Part shown: positions 55,752-64,000 of the stretch, piece by piece
How positions within the stretch are numbered: the first letter of the stretch is position 1
How the letters are laid out: each line of letters starts with the position of its first letter
Source of the DNA: an uncultured Pelolinea sp.
Lineage (GTDB): Bacteria; Chloroflexota; Anaerolineae; Anaerolineales; Anaerolineaceae
Assembly: GCA_965195205.1 (NCBI GenBank)
Contig: CBDAFG010000092.1
Span: 61,419-125,418 of the forward strand
Length of the DNA stretch: 64,000 bases
Reading direction: 5' to 3'
Notes under the pieces: generated by a model
The model's database searches: none
Told to the model about the DNA's origin: nothing
Seen by the model: only the letters and a program-made list of their open reading frames with translations
Translations under genes and position numbers: made by a program

Positions 55752-56522
55752 ATGGCGAGTCTGAAAATTGAAAATCTTTCAGTAAGCGCGGAAGATCAAC
55801 CAATTTTAAAAGGGTTAAATTTAGAAATACCACAGGGTGAAGTCCATGCGATCATGGGACCTAACGGGACTGGTAAATCTACTTTAGCATACACATTGAT
55901 GGGGCATCCTCGTTATACTATAACAAGTGGGAGTGTTGCTCTAAATGGCACGGATCTCCTTGCTTTTCCCCCTGAAGAACGCTCAAAGAAAGGTGTTTTT
56001 TTGGCATTTCAATACCCAGTAGCAGTGCCTGGCGTAACCGTAGCAAATTTTCTAAGAACCGCAATAAATGCGCATAGAAAAAGCAAAGATTCGGGTAATA
56101 AAGGGATTTCGATCCTTGAATTTCGTAATTTGCTAATTGAAAAGATGAAGTTGTTGCAAATGGATCCCTCAATGGCAGGGAGATATTTAAACGATGGCTT
56201 TTCTGGTGGTGAGAAGAAACGAGTAGAGATTTTGCAGATGGCGATGCTTGAACCAAGAATCGCGATCCTTGACGAAACCGACTCTGGTTTGGATATCGAT
56301 GCTTTACGGATTGTTTCTGAAGGGATAAATACGTTAAAAAATGATAGTTTAGGAATTCTAATTATTACTCATTATCAGAGAATTTTAGATTATCTGAAAC
56401 CCGATGTTGTGCATGTTATGGTAGATGGAAGGATAATAATGACTGGCGGGCCTGGGCTGGCGAATAGAATTGAAAAAGAAGGGTATGAATGGCTTAAGGG
56501 TTCGGAATCCAAAACAGCCTGA
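55752..56522 (+). CDS. sufC: Fe-S cluster assembly ATPase SufC
   Basis: Motifs seen: Walker A GPNGTGKST, ABC signature FSGGEKKR, Walker B ILDETDSGLD. Confidence 0.95.
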   Translation: MASLKIENLSVSAEDQPILKGLNLEIPQGEVHAIMGPNGTGKSTLAYTLMGHPRYTITSGSVALNGTDLLAFPPEERSKKGVFLAFQYPVAVPGVTVANFLRTAINAHRKSKDSGNKGISILEFRNLLIEKMKLLQMDPSMAGRYLNDGFSGGEKKRVEILQMAMLEPRIAILDETDSGLDIDALRIVSEGINTLKNDSLGILIITHYQRILDYLKPDVVHVMVDGRIIMTGGPGLANRIEKEGYEWLKGSESKTA

Positions 56523-56552
56523 ATCTCATTTTGAAAGTGAAAAGGAATATTA

Positions 56553-57965
56553 ATGGGTAAGGAATCTACACCCAATATTTTCAAGGGGATTACTCAAGCT
56601 GACTATGGATTTAAAGATCCAGAAGATTATGTATTTAAATCCCAAAAGGGATTAAGCCAAACGGTTATTGAGAAAATATCATCTTGGAAAAATGAGCCGG
56701 ATTGGATGCTTAAGTTTCGAAAAAAAGCCCTTAAGTATTTTTTCGCACGTCCATATCCTAAATGGGGACCGGATCTTTCGGGATTAGATTTATCAAATTT
56801 ATATTATTATGTTCGACCTACCGAAAAAACAGAACAAAGTTGGGACGATATACCCGAAAATATAAAAAATACATTTGAACGATTGGGTATCCCCGAGGCA
56901 GAGCAGAAATTTCTGGCAGGCGTAGGGGCACAATATGAATCTGAAATGATCTACCATAGTATTCAGGAACAGCTTGCAGAGCAGGGGGTTATATTCCTGA
57001 GTATCGAGGAAGGCTTAAGGCAATATCCGGATTTATTTAAACAATACTTCAATACTGCAGTCCCATTTTCTGATAATAAATTTACTGCACTGAATAGCGC
57101 TGTTTGGTCTGGAGGATCATTTGTTTATGTTCCCCGAGGTGTTAAGGTGGAACTTCCCCTTCAGGCATATTTTCGTCTTAACATGGCAAATATTGGGCAA
57201 TTTGAACGAAGCATAATAATTGCTGATGAAGGTTCACAGGTTCATTATGTAGAAGGATGTACTGCGCCGCAGTATTCAAGGGATTCATTTCATAGCGGCG
57301 TGATTGAGATTTTTGTTAAGAAAAACGCTCGTGTAAGATACACAACTATTCAGAATTGGTCAAATAATGTTTATAACTTGGTAACACAGCGCGCCATGGT
57401 TTATGAAGGCGGCACGATGGAGTGGGTTGACTCAAATCTCGGTTCCAAAATCACAATGAAATATCCAGCATGTTATTTAATGGAGCCTGGAGCGCATGGA
57501 GAGATATTATCGATGGCATTCGCAGGAGCTGGTCAAGTTCAGGATACGGGCGGTAAAATGCTTCACCTTGCTCCAAATACTAGCAGCAAAATGACATCGA
57601 AATCAATTAGCAAGGATGGGGGGCGGTCCTCTTTTCGCGGGTTAGTATATGTAAAAGAGCATGCACAGCAATCGAGAGCAAATATTGTATGCGATGCTCT
57701 AATATTGGACCCACAATCGAGATCTGATACGTATCCATTAATCCGAAGTTCTTCCAAAGATGTTTCTATTGGGCATGAAGCTTCTGTTTCTAAAGTGAGT
57801 GAGGAGCAACTATTTTATTTAAAAAGCCGAGGATTGTCAGATGATGAAGCAACGACAATGGTGGTATCGGGTTTTATCGAACCACTAGTAAAAGAATTAC
57901 CGATGGAATATGCCGTGGAGATGAATCGGTTAATCCAATTACAGATGGAAGGATCGGTGGGGTAA
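56553..57965 (+). CDS. sufB: Fe-S cluster assembly scaffold SufB
   Basis: The 470-aa product has the conserved [23 protein letters not shown] region and the C-terminal beta-helix [19 protein letters not shown]. Confidence 0.95.
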   Translation: MGKESTPNIFKGITQADYGFKDPEDYVFKSQKGLSQTVIEKISSWKNEPDWMLKFRKKALKYFFARPYPKWGPDLSGLDLSNLYYYVRPTEKTEQSWDDIPENIKNTFERLGIPEAEQKFLAGVGAQYESEMIYHSIQEQLAEQGVIFLSIEEGLRQYPDLFKQYFNTAVPFSDNKFTALNSAVWSGGSFVYVPRGVKVELPLQAYFRLNMANIGQFERSIIIADEGSQVHYVEGCTAPQYSRDSFHSGVIEIFVKKNARVRYTTIQNWSNNVYNLVTQRAMVYEGGTMEWVDSNLGSKITMKYPACYLMEPGAHGEILSMAFAGAGQVQDTGGKMLHLAPNTSSKMTSKSISKDGGRSSFRGLVYVKEHAQQSRANIVCDALILDPQSRSDTYPLIRSSSKDVSIGHEASVSKVSEEQLFYLKSRGLSDDEATTMVVSGFIEPLVKELPMEYAVEMNRLIQLQMEGSVG

Positions 57966-57969
57966 GGAA

Positions 57970-59286
57970 TTGGAAAAGAAATTTGTTAAGACCCCATCTT
58001 CTTTGGGTGAGTTTATTAAAGGATTGACAGATATTGATTCATCTATTCTTGGGAATAAAGAGATTGGATTATTGAGAAAAAAGGCAAATGAGGTAATTCG
58101 CATTGCCAATGTAAAAGGTTTTAACGATTTTTTCGGAAAAAGGCATACAGATTTCTTTTCAGATTACAGGAATTTGTTTTTACCTGATATACCGATAGTG
58201 AAAACTTGGCCTGATGTTCAGGAATCTGATGCAGAAATTGCCGGAAGAAGGGTGATTGGGAAAATCAGAATTTGTGACAATGAGATAAGTAATTGGGTCG
58301 ATCCAGAGATGCTGAAGGAGGGGGTTATCTTCAGAGACTTACTTACTGCAATTAAAAAGCATTCAAAAGAAGTAAGTATGGCATTCAAAAATAACAGCAT
58401 AAAAAGAGAATCCATTCTTTCAAATTTGATTATCGGTCAAAGCAAACTCGGGTCGTTTTTATTCATTCCAGATGGAATCCAACCTGATGGGATATTTCTA
58501 ATTGAAATTGAAGTATCCAATGTGTATTCACTAATTCCGGTGCATTTGATTACTGTAATAGGAAAATCGGCTTGTTGCAATTTGGTAATTGATATAAAAT
58601 CTAAAAATAACAATAAAGATCGGTCCGTTTTGGTCGTTCAGAATGATTTAATTCTTGCTGAAAATGCGCATTTATCAATTTTTCAAAATCAAAAAGTTGG
58701 AAGGGGGATAGCATTGTTCATTTCTGATCATATTACAGAAAATAAAGATGCAACCATAAACAGCTTTACACTTGACCTTGGCAGTTCGATTACTGATAGA
58801 TTTCTTGCAGCTGAATTGATTGGTGAAGGTGGCTCAGCAAATATTACGGGAGTATATAACCCTAAAAACGGACAACGCTTTTATTACGATACACAGCAAA
58901 ACCATACCGCATCATATACAGAAAGCGACCTTCTTTATAAAGGCGTTTTAGGAAAAAATGCGTATTCCTCGTGGAAGGGGAATATTCTAATTTCACAAAA
59001 CACAAGGGGTACAAATGGGTATCAATCAAATGATAATCTGATGATTGACCCGTTTTCAGAAGCTGAATCTATTCCTGGGTTAGAAATTATGACAGATGAT
59101 GTGCGCTGTTCTCATGGCGTTACCATGAGTAATATTGATAAAAATCAAATGTTTTATTTACAAAGCCGGGGTATAAACAAAGAAGATGCAGAAAGATTGA
59201 TCGTAGATGGATTTTTGTCATCTGCGGTTAAAAGGATGGCGGATAAAGGTTTTGAAAAATTTATTCTGACTTCTTTCGAAGATTAA
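57970..59286 (+). CDS. sufD: Fe-S cluster assembly protein SufD
   Basis: SufB/D-family C-terminus (DVRCSHGVTMSNIDKNQMFYLQSRGI). The gene lies between sufB and sufS and has a TTG start. Confidence 0.85.
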   Translation: MEKKFVKTPSSLGEFIKGLTDIDSSILGNKEIGLLRKKANEVIRIANVKGFNDFFGKRHTDFFSDYRNLFLPDIPIVKTWPDVQESDAEIAGRRVIGKIRICDNEISNWVDPEMLKEGVIFRDLLTAIKKHSKEVSMAFKNNSIKRESILSNLIIGQSKLGSFLFIPDGIQPDGIFLIEIEVSNVYSLIPVHLITVIGKSACCNLVIDIKSKNNNKDRSVLVVQNDLILAENAHLSIFQNQKVGRGIALFISDHITENKDATINSFTLDLGSSITDRFLAAELIGEGGSANITGVYNPKNGQRFYYDTQQNHTASYTESDLLYKGVLGKNAYSSWKGNILISQNTRGTNGYQSNDNLMIDPFSEAESIPGLEIMTDDVRCSHGVTMSNIDKNQMFYLQSRGINKEDAERLIVDGFLSSAVKRMADKGFEKFILTSFED

Positions 59287-59351
59287 CTAATTAGTATAAG
59301 ATTATAAGTATACGAAATTTTAAAAATAAATTAGGCTTAGGAGATTATTTA

Positions 59352-59609
59352 ATGGCAACAATACCTTTCATGCGTCCTCCCGACTTGAATGAGACATATC
59401 AGGTTGGAGATATCGTTGAGGCGTTTTGTGATCATGATGAAGGGGATCAGCGGATAAAAGGTTGGCTGAAAGGAACAGTGGTCCAGATTGATGCAAAATT
59501 GGTTGCTGTCCAATTCAGGTCTGACGTGTATTTGACAGGTGGGTGGATGATCCCAGACCATATTCTTTGGTATCCCGAATTATCATCCCAAATACGGAAG
59601 AAACAGTAG
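59352..59609 (+). CDS. hypothetical 85-aa protein embedded in the suf operon
   Basis: A strong RBS (TAGGAGA) lies 8 nt upstream of the ATG. The gene sits between sufD and sufS on the same strand. The sequence is beta-rich and SH3/Tudor-like by eye (VGDIVEAF....IKGWLKGTVVQIDAKLVAVQF). It has a single Cys and no Fe-S ligand pattern. Confidence 0.65.
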   Translation: MATIPFMRPPDLNETYQVGDIVEAFCDHDEGDQRIKGWLKGTVVQIDAKLVAVQFRSDVYLTGGWMIPDHILWYPELSSQIRKKQ

Positions 59610-59626
59610 AAGGCATTCAATAAACC

Positions 59627-60847
59627 ATGAATGTGTTGAAAATTAAAGAAGACTTCCCGATTTTGGGAAGGATGGTCCATGAAGGGAGGCGCTTGGTTTA
59701 TTTGGATTCTGCGGCCACATCTCAAAAACCACGCTCAATTATCCAGGCAATGGATAACTATTACAACAAAAATAATGCTAATGTACATCGTGGGATTCAT
59801 TTACTTGCCGAAGAGGCAACGCAGATGTATGAACTTGCGAGGAAAAAGATAGCTGCTTTTGTTGGGGTAAAAGATTACAGCCAAATCATTTTCACGAGGA
59901 ACACCACTGAATCTATTAATCTGATTGCTCGTACCTGGGGTTGGAAATATCTCAGCGAAGGTGATGTGATTCTGACTACTGAGATGGAGCATCACTCAAA
60001 CATTGTGCCCTGGTTTTCCCTCGCAAAAGAGAGAAAACTAACTGTTAAATTCATTAAAATTACACATGAGGGGAAACTTGATAAAAAGAATTATCAGAAC
60101 CTACTAGAATTAAAACCAAAGATTGTGGCATTTACACATATGTCCAATGTGCTTGGAACAATCAATCCTGCTAAGGAGATAATTGAATTAGCTCATCAAG
60201 CAGGTGCCATAACTGTTGTTGATGGTGCACAATCAGTTCCTCATTTATCGGTTAGTATTGATGATTTGGATGCTGATTTTTACGCTTTTTCAGCACATAA
60301 GATGTGCGGACCAACCGGTATAGGGATATTATTCGGAAAAAAAGAACTTTTAGAAGAAATGCCGTCATTTTTGGGCGGCGGGGATATGATCAAGAAAGTC
60401 ACATTTGATGGATTTTCAACAAATTCAATTCCATATAAATTTGAAGCTGGTACTCCTGCAATTGCACAGGCAATAGGGTTTGGTGCAGCAGTTGATTATT
60501 TATCTTCTATTGGAATGGAAAAAATATTTGCTCATGAGAAGACATTAATCAAATATGCTATGGAATCATTACCAGATATTCCTGGTATAAAAATCATTGG
60601 ACCATCGGCGGAAGATCGTGGAGGTGTAATTTCATTTACTATTGACCAGATCCACCCTCACGATGTAGCACAAATTCTAGATGAATTCGGAATTGCAGTT
60701 AGGGCTGGCCATCACTGCGCTATGCCGTTACATGAAAAACTTCATTTAATCGCTTCAACTAGAGCAAGCTTTTACTTATACAACACCAAAGATGATATAG
60801 ATGAGCTAAAGATGGGTCTTCTCCGTGTTTACAAGGTGTTTAACTAG
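59627..60847 (+). CDS. sufS: cysteine desulfurase SufS (class II)
   Basis: Motifs seen: YLDSAATSQKP, PLP-lysine SAHKMCGPTGIG, and the active-site RAGHHCAMP. Confidence 0.95.
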   Translation: MNVLKIKEDFPILGRMVHEGRRLVYLDSAATSQKPRSIIQAMDNYYNKNNANVHRGIHLLAEEATQMYELARKKIAAFVGVKDYSQIIFTRNTTESINLIARTWGWKYLSEGDVILTTEMEHHSNIVPWFSLAKERKLTVKFIKITHEGKLDKKNYQNLLELKPKIVAFTHMSNVLGTINPAKEIIELAHQAGAITVVDGAQSVPHLSVSIDDLDADFYAFSAHKMCGPTGIGILFGKKELLEEMPSFLGGGDMIKKVTFDGFSTNSIPYKFEAGTPAIAQAIGFGAAVDYLSSIGMEKIFAHEKTLIKYAMESLPDIPGIKIIGPSAEDRGGVISFTIDQIHPHDVAQILDEFGIAVRAGHHCAMPLHEKLHLIASTRASFYLYNTKDDIDELKMGLLRVYKVFN

Positions 60848-60858
60848 GAAAAACAATA

Positions 60859-61251
60859 ATGGATGACCTTTATCGAGAAATTATCATTGATCATTATAAA
60901 AATCCGCTTCATAAAGGAAGATTAGATAATTGCGATTTCAGTTTTGAGGATGAAAACCCATTGTGTGGTGATCATATTCAAATAGAACTTAGGGTTGATG
61001 GATCCCAGAATGTGGTGGAAGCCAAGTTTGATGGTCATGGTTGCGCAATTTCAATATCTGCCGCAGATCTTCTGATAGATTCTATTATTGGAAAATCTAT
61101 CGAGGATTTAAAGAGTTTAAAAAACCAGGATATTCTTGATTTGCTAGGGATTGAATTAAGCCCCGTCCGTTTGAAATGCGCTCTTCTATCATTAAAAGTA
61201 TTAAAAGCAGCAGTATATGAACTTCAAGAAGCAGATGATGATCTAGCCTAA
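60859..61251 (+). CDS. sufU: Fe-S assembly sulfur-transfer / scaffold protein SufU
   Basis: Motifs seen: NPLCGD, GHGCAIS and LKC, the three conserved Cys ligands of IscU/SufU. Confidence 0.9.
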   Translation: MDDLYREIIIDHYKNPLHKGRLDNCDFSFEDENPLCGDHIQIELRVDGSQNVVEAKFDGHGCAISISAADLLIDSIIGKSIEDLKSLKNQDILDLLGIELSPVRLKCALLSLKVLKAAVYELQEADDDLA

Positions 61252-61254
61252 AAA

Positions 61255-61282
61255 AAATTCCTCGTGAAATGCAGAGGAATTT
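61255..61282. terminator. bidirectional intrinsic terminator (sufU / PIG-L gene)
   Basis: Stem aaattcctc / gaggaattt with a 10-nt loop. An A-tract lies upstream and a T-tract downstream. Confidence 0.65.
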
Positions 61283-61300
61283 TTATTAAAATAGGCAATA

Positions 61301-61930
61301 TTAGGTAAATGACCCAATAATTCGCAAAATATCAAATCCTTCCGCGTACTTCTTCTCGGCAATTGCTCCATTTCTAACCATGATTGCACGAGTAAGTTCA
61401 GGGGCAAAATAGTAAATATCTTTATATGTTTTATAAGCGGCCAATGCTTCAATTTTCTTTTCAACATCCGATTCATTGACTTCAATTAAAAAAGTTGGGA
61501 AGAAACCATAACTGCTTCTTATTACATCATAACCAAATAAAGAAGTTCCTCTAAACACGCGCAGTGATTCTTGCGTGACAGTTCCATGATCCTGGTGTAG
61601 ATCGGAATTTGAATGTACGAAAACCATATCCGGTTTGTATTTTTTGTTCATGGAAAATAGATATTCTAAAATTTCTTGCCTGGAATGTTTAAATCGTCTG
61701 GTCTCAAAACTTTCTAAAAACCTGTGCTCCTCATCAACTCCAAGAATGCGCATGCTTTCATTATGCTCTTTTACAACATTAATTAGAGATGGGTTTTTTT
61801 GATTATCAGAAAGTGTGATACAAAAAACTTCAGCAAAATTCTGAATATTTGCGATAAGGGCACCACATCCAATTTCAATATCATCTGGATGAGCACCAAT
61901 AAAGAAAATTCTTTTTCCCTTAAATAACAT
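61301..61930 (-). CDS. PIG-L/LmbE family deacetylase
   Basis: The FFIGAHPDDIEIGCG motif is close to the N-terminus, and HSNSDLHQDH is present. The start MLFKGKRIFF at 61930 is preferred over the track start at 62011. Confidence 0.85.
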   Translation of the reverse strand: MLFKGKRIFFIGAHPDDIEIGCGALIANIQNFAEVFCITLSDNQKNPSLINVVKEHNESMRILGVDEEHRFLESFETRRFKHSRQEILEYLFSMNKKYKPDMVFVHSNSDLHQDHGTVTQESLRVFRGTSLFGYDVIRSSYGFFPTFLIEVNESDVEKKIEALAAYKTYKDIYYFAPELTRAIMVRNGAIAEKKYAEGFDILRIIGSFT

Positions 61931-61944
61931 TATTTCACCTTTAT

Positions 61945-62745
61945 CTATTTGGTAGCAATAAACCCACCAACAACCTTGGTCATAACAATTTTTCCGTCGC
62001 GCTGAATCCATCTGTTAGCAACTTCCTCAATCGATTTCATGATTTTTATGAAGCCGTCTTTTTCAGTGAAAAAATCTCCCCACAATTTTCTATCTTCTGA
62101 AAGTGAAGCTCGAGTGTATTCTATAAACGGGTCAGCAGTCGGGAAAGTGAGAGGATTTTCAAAAATCTTTACCTCGACATCTGAAAATGTGTTTTCAATA
62201 GCCTTAAGAATCTCGCTTGCATAACGTGAGCTGCCAGGCATTTTAGGAATGGGTTTGTTCGTTGCTTCTTTAATGATATCGTAGAAAACCTGTTTGTTTT
62301 CAGGCATGGGTCCTGTTGTAAATAACTTCCCCCCTTGGTTAAGAACCCGATGCATTTCGCGGATTGTAAAGGGGATATCTTCTGAATAGTAGATTGCAAA
62401 ACAACAGGATAGCAAATCAAATTTATTTTCAGCGAAATCAAATGGCTCATTGAAATTCAAGTATTTATACTCAATTTTATAATTATTCTCTGCGCGTAAT
62501 TGTTTTGCTTTATTAAGTAATTCTTCTGAAACATCTCCACCGGTAATTTCACATTTACCGCCTAGAGTTGTGTAAAAAGAAGAGCATTGTTTGCCAGAAC
62601 CGCAAGCTACATCTAATATCCGCATTCCTTCATTAAGTTCAAGTGTTTCCAGCATCCATTCATCAATATTGCGGCTACCAAATTTGTCATGGATATTGAT
62701 TCGAGAAATTAGGTCGGATGTTGTTTCTTTGTAATCTATTTTCAT
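61945..62745 (-). CDS. class I SAM-dependent methyltransferase
   Basis: Motif I is ILDVACGSGKQ. The post-I acidic residue and GGKLF motif are present. The start is MKIDYKE at 62745. Confidence 0.85.
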   Translation of the reverse strand: MKIDYKETTSDLISRINIHDKFGSRNIDEWMLETLELNEGMRILDVACGSGKQCSSFYTTLGGKCEITGGDVSEELLNKAKQLRAENNYKIEYKYLNFNEPFDFAENKFDLLSCCFAIYYSEDIPFTIREMHRVLNQGGKLFTTGPMPENKQVFYDIIKEATNKPIPKMPGSSRYASEILKAIENTFSDVEVKIFENPLTFPTADPFIEYTRASLSEDRKLWGDFFTEKDGFIKIMKSIEEVANRWIQRDGKIVMTKVVGGFIATK

Positions 62746-62815
62746 TTTTCCTCTTATAAAGTTATTGTATAAGTATAAATTGACAAACACGATTGTCAAG
62801 ATGCGCCCCTAGGGG

Positions 62816-63892
62816 TTAGCAGATTCTGGGCAGCATTTCTCCAGTAAGCATATCAACAATTCTTGTGCCGCCAATAATTGTTGACATCAGGACAAAAGGA
62901 TTATTCGTGGACTTTTCAACCTGCCCAATTTTAATCGCCTCTTTTCCAAGAGGATGCTGCCGCAGGGCATTTAACATGGCCTCTTCTTCTTGTTGTGGAA
63001 CGATGAGGATCACTTTTCCTTCATTGGCAACGTAAAGTGGATCAAAGCCAAGAATATCACACGCCCCTTGTACTTGTCTGTGGATCGGAAGTTGAGTTTC
63101 ATCTAATACGATTGTCACATTGCTTTGCAAGGCAATCTCGTTTAATGTTGTTGCTACTCCACCGCGCGTAGGATCACGGAGCACATGAATATTCGGGGCG
63201 GCTTTAATTGCTGTTTGTATCAAGTGATTAAGTGGAGCAACATCTGAAGTAATGATAGTTGAAAAGCCCAGTTCGTTTCGAGCGGCAAGAACAGCGATCC
63301 CATGATCACCAATTGTTCCCGAAATTATTACCGAATCGCCAGGGCGAGCAGATGCACCATTTATTCTAATTCCCTCAGGAACAAAACCAATTCCTGCAGT
63401 TGATATGAATATGCGGTCGGCTTTTCCCTTCTGAACAACTTTTGTGTCGCCTGCTACGATAACAACCTGTGCTTCCTCGGCGCATGTTTTCATAGATTCT
63501 GCAATCTTTTCTAATTGGTTGATGGGAAATCCTTCTTCAATGATAAAGGAAGCAGTTAGAAATTTAGGGATACCGCCTGACATGCTGATGTCATTTACGG
63601 TACCAGCAACAGCCAACCGACCAATATCTCCACCTGGAAAAAAGATCGGGCTCACAACATGTGCGTCTGTCGAAGTAACGATTCTGAAATTATTCAATGA
63701 CTCTTTAGGAGTAATATCTGCAAAATCATTCCCTTGATTCAGGATTGGATTTGAAAAATATTTTAAGAAAACAGAATCTATCAAAGATTTTGTTAAACTA
63801 CCCCCACTCCCATGACCAATAGATACTTCCTTACTTTTTGAAAGTGGAATTGGGCAGGTAAAATACTCGAAATTTTTATTTTGATCATCCAT
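62816..63892 (-). CDS. hypE: [NiFe]-hydrogenase maturation protein HypE
   Basis: The product has PurM-like domains, and the diagnostic C-terminal PRIC motif ends the protein. Confidence 0.92.
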   Translation of the reverse strand: MDDQNKNFEYFTCPIPLSKSKEVSIGHGSGGSLTKSLIDSVFLKYFSNPILNQGNDFADITPKESLNNFRIVTSTDAHVVSPIFFPGGDIGRLAVAGTVNDISMSGGIPKFLTASFIIEEGFPINQLEKIAESMKTCAEEAQVVIVAGDTKVVQKGKADRIFISTAGIGFVPEGIRINGASARPGDSVIISGTIGDHGIAVLAARNELGFSTIITSDVAPLNHLIQTAIKAAPNIHVLRDPTRGGVATTLNEIALQSNVTIVLDETQLPIHRQVQGACDILGFDPLYVANEGKVILIVPQQEEEAMLNALRQHPLGKEAIKIGQVEKSTNNPFVLMSTIIGGTRIVDMLTGEMLPRIC

Positions 63893-64000
63893 TTAAATAT
63901 TTCCCATAACGGTAATAAGCTGCACAGGCTCCTTCGGAAGAAACCATTGTTGCTCCGAGAGGATTCTGTGGTGTGCAAATATTTCGAAATGCTGGACATT
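63885..64000 (-). CDS. hypD: [NiFe]-hydrogenase maturation protein HypD, C-terminal fragment; gene runs off the right edge
   Basis: Hand translation of the minus strand gives [37 protein letters not shown]-stop, the conserved HypD C-terminus. The stop overlaps the hypE ATG (ATGGATGA). The track ORF 63793..63999 is in the wrong frame. Confidence 0.8.
   Translation of the reverse strand, partial: CPAFRNICTPQNPLGATMVSSEGACAAYYRYGKYLNG

Noticed and set aside
63793-63999. Track ORF of 68 aa on the minus strand at the right edge
   Set aside because: It is in the wrong frame. The adjacent frame gives the conserved HypD C-terminus ([18 protein letters not shown]) and a stop overlapping the hypE ATG.
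1-64000. Search for CRISPR repeats, tRNA/rRNA genes, IS elements, integrases and long direct repeats
   Set aside because: All gaps between annotated features are about 230 nt or shorter. They contain only promoters, hairpin terminators or the relics described. No periodic repeat-spacer pattern, tRNA-like cloverleaf or transposase/integrase motifs were seen by eye. A computational repeat scan was not possible.

Overview
This AT-rich, gene-dense bacterial chromosomal segment is almost entirely housekeeping or accessory metabolism. I found no rRNA, tRNA, CRISPR array, transposase, integrase or phage genes. All family assignments come from motifs read by eye in the translated ORFs. No database search was run.

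Gene content, left to right:
- A partial mevalonate-pathway decarboxylase, then ftsZ with an unusual upstream partner.
- A GH13 enzyme, a thiolase, a cyclase/formamidase and trxB.
- Cell-wall proteins: a LysM protein, an L,D-transpeptidase and mltG.
- hemW.
- A four-gene DNA end-processing operon: an AddB-like P-loop protein, a UvrD/AddA-like helicase, a standalone Fe-S PD-(D/E)XK nuclease and recJ.
- ruvX, then glycogen genes (malQ, glgA).
- An MTA/SAH-deaminase fused to a degenerate CYTH domain.
- cinA-like, yraN, miaA, an acyl-CoA ligase, ftsH, efp, hpf and comF.
- An SPFH-HTH two-gene module.
- An orphan ACP, fni plus a polyprenyl synthase, and a pterin cluster (folE/folK/folB/FolM-like SDR).
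- copZ-copA.
- A pentose-phosphate operon (tkt-rpiB-tal/pgi fusion).
- A ROK kinase and an SPT-like alpha-oxoamine synthase.
- A complete SufR-controlled suf locus (sufT-like, sufR, sufCBD, an 85-aa ORF, sufS, sufU).
- A PIG-L deacetylase, a methyltransferase and hypE/hypD.

The bacterial mevalonate genes, the type-2 IDI, the Tal-Pgi fusion, the Flp pilin and the PT-rich LysM protein are loosely reminiscent of Chloroflexota-like lineages. That is a guess.

Most notable observations:
1. An AddAB-like machine is split into three polypeptides and co-operonic with recJ.
2. Two independent 'operon-collapse' pseudogenes exist: msrP 5' end joined to msrQ 3' end, and sucC 5' end joined to sucD 3' end. 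The sucCD relic also carries a frameshift and a nonsense codon.
3. A 48-codon Flp-type pilin gene, absent from the ORF track, has its own promoter and RBS directly upstream of comF.
4. The MtaD-CYTH fusion has substituted CYTH catalytic residues.
5. An SPFH protein carries a C-terminal excisionase-type HTH.
6. EF-P has Arg at loop position 32.
7. A 9-bp inverted repeat brackets a near-consensus suf promoter.

I did not find anything I can confidently call a wholly new system. The split helicase-nuclease operon and the SPFH-HTH pair are the best candidates.
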